This document shows, piece after piece, positions 59,912 through 64,000 of a stretch of 64,000 bases of DNA. Location: positions 302,126,001 to 302,190,000 of the forward strand of contig OZ024740.1 of NCBI GenBank assembly GCA_964016885.1, in the 5' to 3' direction. The stretch is from Eledone cirrhosa (Eukaryota). The translations under genes were made by a program, and so were the position numbers. The first letter of the stretch is position 1. Every line of letters begins with the position of its first letter. Below the pieces are notes generated by a model. It searched no databases and was not told the origin of the DNA. It was given only the letters and a program-made list of their open reading frames with translations.

Positions 59912-60084
59912 TGGATTGGCAGTATGGGTAGAGGGTCGGACGCCATGCGGCCCTTTCTATTCAGAGTTCAAATCCCGCCGAGGTCAACTTTGCCTTTCAT
60001 CCTTACGGGGTCGATAAAATAGAGTACCAGTAATGTACTGATTAATTGCTGGCCTTGTGCCAAAAGTAGAAACAATTATATTAT
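59912..60084 (+). mobile_element. tRNA-derived SINE
   Basis: A-box-like tggcagtatggg, B-box gagttcaaatccc, the body gccgaggtcaactttgcctttcatcc and the shared 3' tail. Confidence 0.8.
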
Positions 60085-61042
60085 TTCATCTTAGAAACTG
60101 CATCCGCTTATATTCGAAGTGATATGTGCTCTGCGTTTGAGTCTATCAATATCTTACGAGTTCCAATGAATGACTAATCCTATTTATATCAAAAGGTTTG
60201 TTTTACTCGGCTAGACCTTATATCAAGGTTCATTGAAATACAGTTTCAGGTCAGACTGTGTTTCTATCATATTATTTATGAAAGCTCAACATGAACCCAT
60301 GAGGGAGCATTTACGTAATTGCTGGCGGTACAAGAAATCGCTGTAAATAAACTCAATTTTTAAACTTTCCATTTAAATAGTGGAGAAAACAATTCATTTC
60401 AAGAAACAAAAAGGTTTCGATGTGCACAGATGGAGAGATTTTCATCATATAATTGCTCAGTTGCGGTTGACCTTGCCTAATCAGCAACATTAACAACAAT
60501 AGCAAACACAAAAACGCAGCTAAAAATAAAATATTGGTTACCATGCATCATAGTTAATATTTACACATAAATGTGAACTCCTAATACGTTTTTGTTTTCT
60601 TGTCAATCAGTGGCGATAGTTCTTTTATTAACAAAGAATACAAGAAATGAAACAACTTTACGAAACATTTTAGCGAAACATCTTAGAGAAGCAATTTAGC
60701 GAAGTAGCCTGAATTTTCGAAATGACGTAAATATATATTCCGCTTTGTGCAAACGTCGTAAACCTGTCTCCCGTATTTATACATAGTCATTATTTTGCTC
60801 ACTTCCATCTAAGTATTTTCTTATTTTTTTAGATTCCTTAATGTAATGGTATTTTACTCGACAGTATTTTCTCCGTGGTATATATAAATCTTCGAGGTGA
60901 TTTCATTCCTTTGTCTTCAAATCCCAGTTTTATATACGAGTCTCGTTTACTATCCACACTCGTTAAGAAATGCACTAGGTGTAATATATCATGAAATTGA
61001 GGAAATGTATAAACTCACGCACACATAAATATACTTGATCCA

Positions 61043-61084
<42 letters not shown>

Positions 61085-62532
61085 CGAGATAGAGACGAAG
61101 ATGGAAATAGATAGGTAGGGAGAAAGAAAGACAAAGAGATTGAAAGAGCGTGAGAATGATAAACAGGCATATTACAGAACGTTTTCAATGTAGTTGCACA
61201 CTATTCACCGACAAATAACTCTCAACACGGTGAAATATCTAGGATCGATGCTAAATTGGCAAATATCGTAAATACTGGACTAAGTTGTAATGATCTCAAT
61301 TTATGTTTGCCCTCGAAATATCCATTGAGCAAGTTACATCTAATACTTGTTCTGATAGTCGTCTATCAAACTCTAACGATCACTATAAGTATCCATTGCA
61401 AGCTTAAAATAATGCATCTATTCTTTTATAGGGTGTAATTTCTTTGAATAGATACCCAAGATACAATCATAAATTACTAAACCCGTAGGTATATTTTGAG
61501 AAAGAATAAACCTACTGAGTTATCGATAATAAATCTACCTTAACACTATGGAAGATTATGCTGATGTATTCTGAAAGCTTGAAACAGTAGCTGAAAATTA
61601 CCTCATTCTATTAAATAAGTCTTTACGATCACTTCTTAACCTAAATTCATATGGAAAATAAAATTGCTGCATAGTAAGAGTAGATCAATCCAGTTTAATG
61701 CAAAACTTGGTAGAAATTGTTTTTCTGCGCATTGTTACTAGAAATGAAGAAAGGCTGTAACATTAAATATTGCTCACAATAACATGATATTTGCAATTTT
61801 GTAAAATGCCCTTAGGTTCTCTCCTTTATTGTAAAATACGTTTCTTGATTTTATCATCATTTTGAGTATAAAACATCATTGTGATCTGCGTATTCAGACA
61901 CTCAACAAGGACAGTTTTCTAAGCTGAAGCATAACTGCAATCATGAATTTTTCTCTAGCATTTTTTTCTCCATTTTTGTTGTTTCTTTTTTAGTTTTCTC
62001 AAATAAGTGTTTCATTACAAGCGTATAACCCGGATGGTTCTAGGGCGAAGAAAAAACTCAGAATTAAACGAATTCATATACATACATACATTTGTGTGCG
62101 TGTGTGTGAAACAACGTAAAGCATAGTAAAGAAAAGATGTATTATAATACACTTTAAGTTGTTTGAATAAAACGACTGGCTTGTTTAGGGACGTGTACAT
62201 ATTCTGATATGGAGGTATGAAAAAGCGAACTCGTAAGTATGTAAAGACACGTAAAATAATGTAAGTGATTCGGCTTCTCTATCGTACTCGATCCTCGAAA
62301 ATAACAAAAATTAATGGTATAGATTATAGATTGTACTTTAGAATATATTTTATAAATTAAAACCTTAATCTGCTTAATGTTATGTGGGGTTGTATTGAGT
62401 TTCTATACCAGTGTAATATAGAAATATTTGAAAAGAAATTATGACGTACTATATAATGACGATGTGAACTACTATATCCAGGAGTACCAAATGCTTGTAC
62501 TTTTAAACGTTCGCTTGGCCGACGAGAATGAT

Positions 62533-62714
62533 GTTTTATTCCTGATTTAGGTACAAGGCCAACAATGTAGGAGTGAAGGGAAAGTCGATTTTATTTTATC
62601 GACCCCGCAAGGATGAAAGGCAAAGCTGACCTCAGCGGTATTTGAATTTAAAATAGATACGGCCGTACCTCTACGCTGTAAGGCATATTGTCCGACTCTT
62701 TACTGATACTGCCA
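62533..62714 (-). mobile_element. tRNA-derived SINE (same family as 59912)
   Basis: Reverse complement of the body gaggtc..ctttgcctttcatcc..ggggtcgataaaa. Confidence 0.7.
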
Positions 62715-63399
62715 TAAAACTTAAAACGCAACCTATTATTTTGCAGAAAGAAATAGCTAAGTGGGTAACGTATTCCCAGATATAAAATAAACGGCGAGAT
62801 CACCGGGGAAATACTTTTTCAAATGTCTACAATATTAGAACTCATTACCAAACTTTGTCTCCCATCACAACATCAGCTTAATATTAGTATCATTATTCTG
62901 GGATCTGATGATCTCCCCTGTCACAAACGACAGGAAAGTTATACATATATAGGAGGAGGTCTTAAGTAAGAATATTTTAGTGGGGAGTGATTGACTTGAG
63001 GGCATAGTAGGTAGTAACTTAATATAAATTTTGGGAAAAATATAATTTCTTTGCAAAATCTCAAAGCCAATCATTCTAGAAATACGTAGAATTGCTTAAA
63101 TTGACCACTTAACTTGTCTATTATTGAGATCATCAAAGCCGGAATGCTAACATTTCAAGTTGACCAATATAGGATTAAAAAACAGAAGAAAATTTTACAT
63201 AATATTAGGCATTATTTATGACATTACAGATTCTGCAAAAGTCACTGCAACATATATTAACGTTAAAAATATGTTCTAGGCAGAGACGGAATATACTTGC
63301 GTCGAGTGCGGGGCAGAAAATAAATTAGGGAAATTTGCGTCAAACTGCTTTAACTGTCTGAAAGAAAAGCATACATTTACTGACCATTATTTCCTACAG

Positions 63400-63687
63400 C
63401 CAGCCATACGGTCTTCTTTATTAGTGATATAATGTGTGCTACTATGTTTATCATGGTAACATAGATTATAATATAAATAAAATACCGTTGTTGTCCAAAG
63501 GAAAGCAATGGCCGAAACAACTTGTTACTAGTGACGTTGCAGCACATTTCTACAGCTGAGTAAACCGGAGCAACGTGAAAATAAAGTATCTTGCTCAAGG
63601 AATCATCTCATCACTCGGGCTGAGAATCGAACCCACAATCTCACGGTTGCAAGACCAACCTTCTAATCACTAAGCCATACGCCTTCA
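63400..63687 (-). mobile_element. tRNA-derived SINE of a second family
   Basis: Minus-strand head gaaggcgtatggcttagtg...gggttcgattctc with A and B boxes, followed by ccttgagcaagatact. Confidence 0.7.
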
Positions 63688-64000
63688 TAATATATTATAT
63701 ATGGTAGCAAAACAATTTGAATTCCTGTAAAGATACTGAACCCTTGGCTACAGATCAGTCAACCCCCTTAATGAGCATTGTCACTAAGTATACAATTGTA
63801 AGGGTTGGGGGGGGGGTTAAATATGTATGGAGTTAAACCCAGAAGTATAAAATGAAGGTAAACCAAAACCGGAGTAGAAGCCAGAAGGTATATAGACACA
63901 GCTAAATAGTGTGACACATATTTGTCCATTTTCCTATGGATTCTCGAAATCCAGCACCAAGCATATCAACAAAAGTTGTATAACTGTGTTTGAAATATCA

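Noticed and set aside
63610-63687. tRNA gene on the minus strand
   Set aside because: The cloverleaf is imperfect and runs into a SINE body, so it is treated as a SINE head.

Overview
AT-rich, repeat-dense eukaryotic DNA with no intact host gene that I can support. The (TA)n/(CA)n microsatellites, SINE types and LINE/Penelope content look like a coleoid cephalopod (Octopus-like) genome; this is inference, not tested. The main feature is a 7.7-kb array of a near-identical 469-bp unit (9552-17277). Each full unit carries a canonical minimal Type I hammerhead ribozyme (HHR), 16 copies in total. The array is arranged as a divergent palindrome (about 10.3 units on the minus strand, about 6.2 on the plus strand) and sits between (TA)n tracts, so it looks like a young non-LTR retrozyme. 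Next to it is a near full-length Neptune-type Penelope-like element (RT + GIY-YIG) whose pseudo-LTRs carry U3-A8 variant HHRs. Several Penelope-derived foldback elements and five further dispersed HHR motifs share the inverted and/or microsatellite-anchored architecture. The rest is decayed R4/Dong, RTE and L1/Tx1 LINEs, a Tc1/mariner fragment, tRNA-derived SINEs and microsatellites. All coordinates and structures were read by eye.
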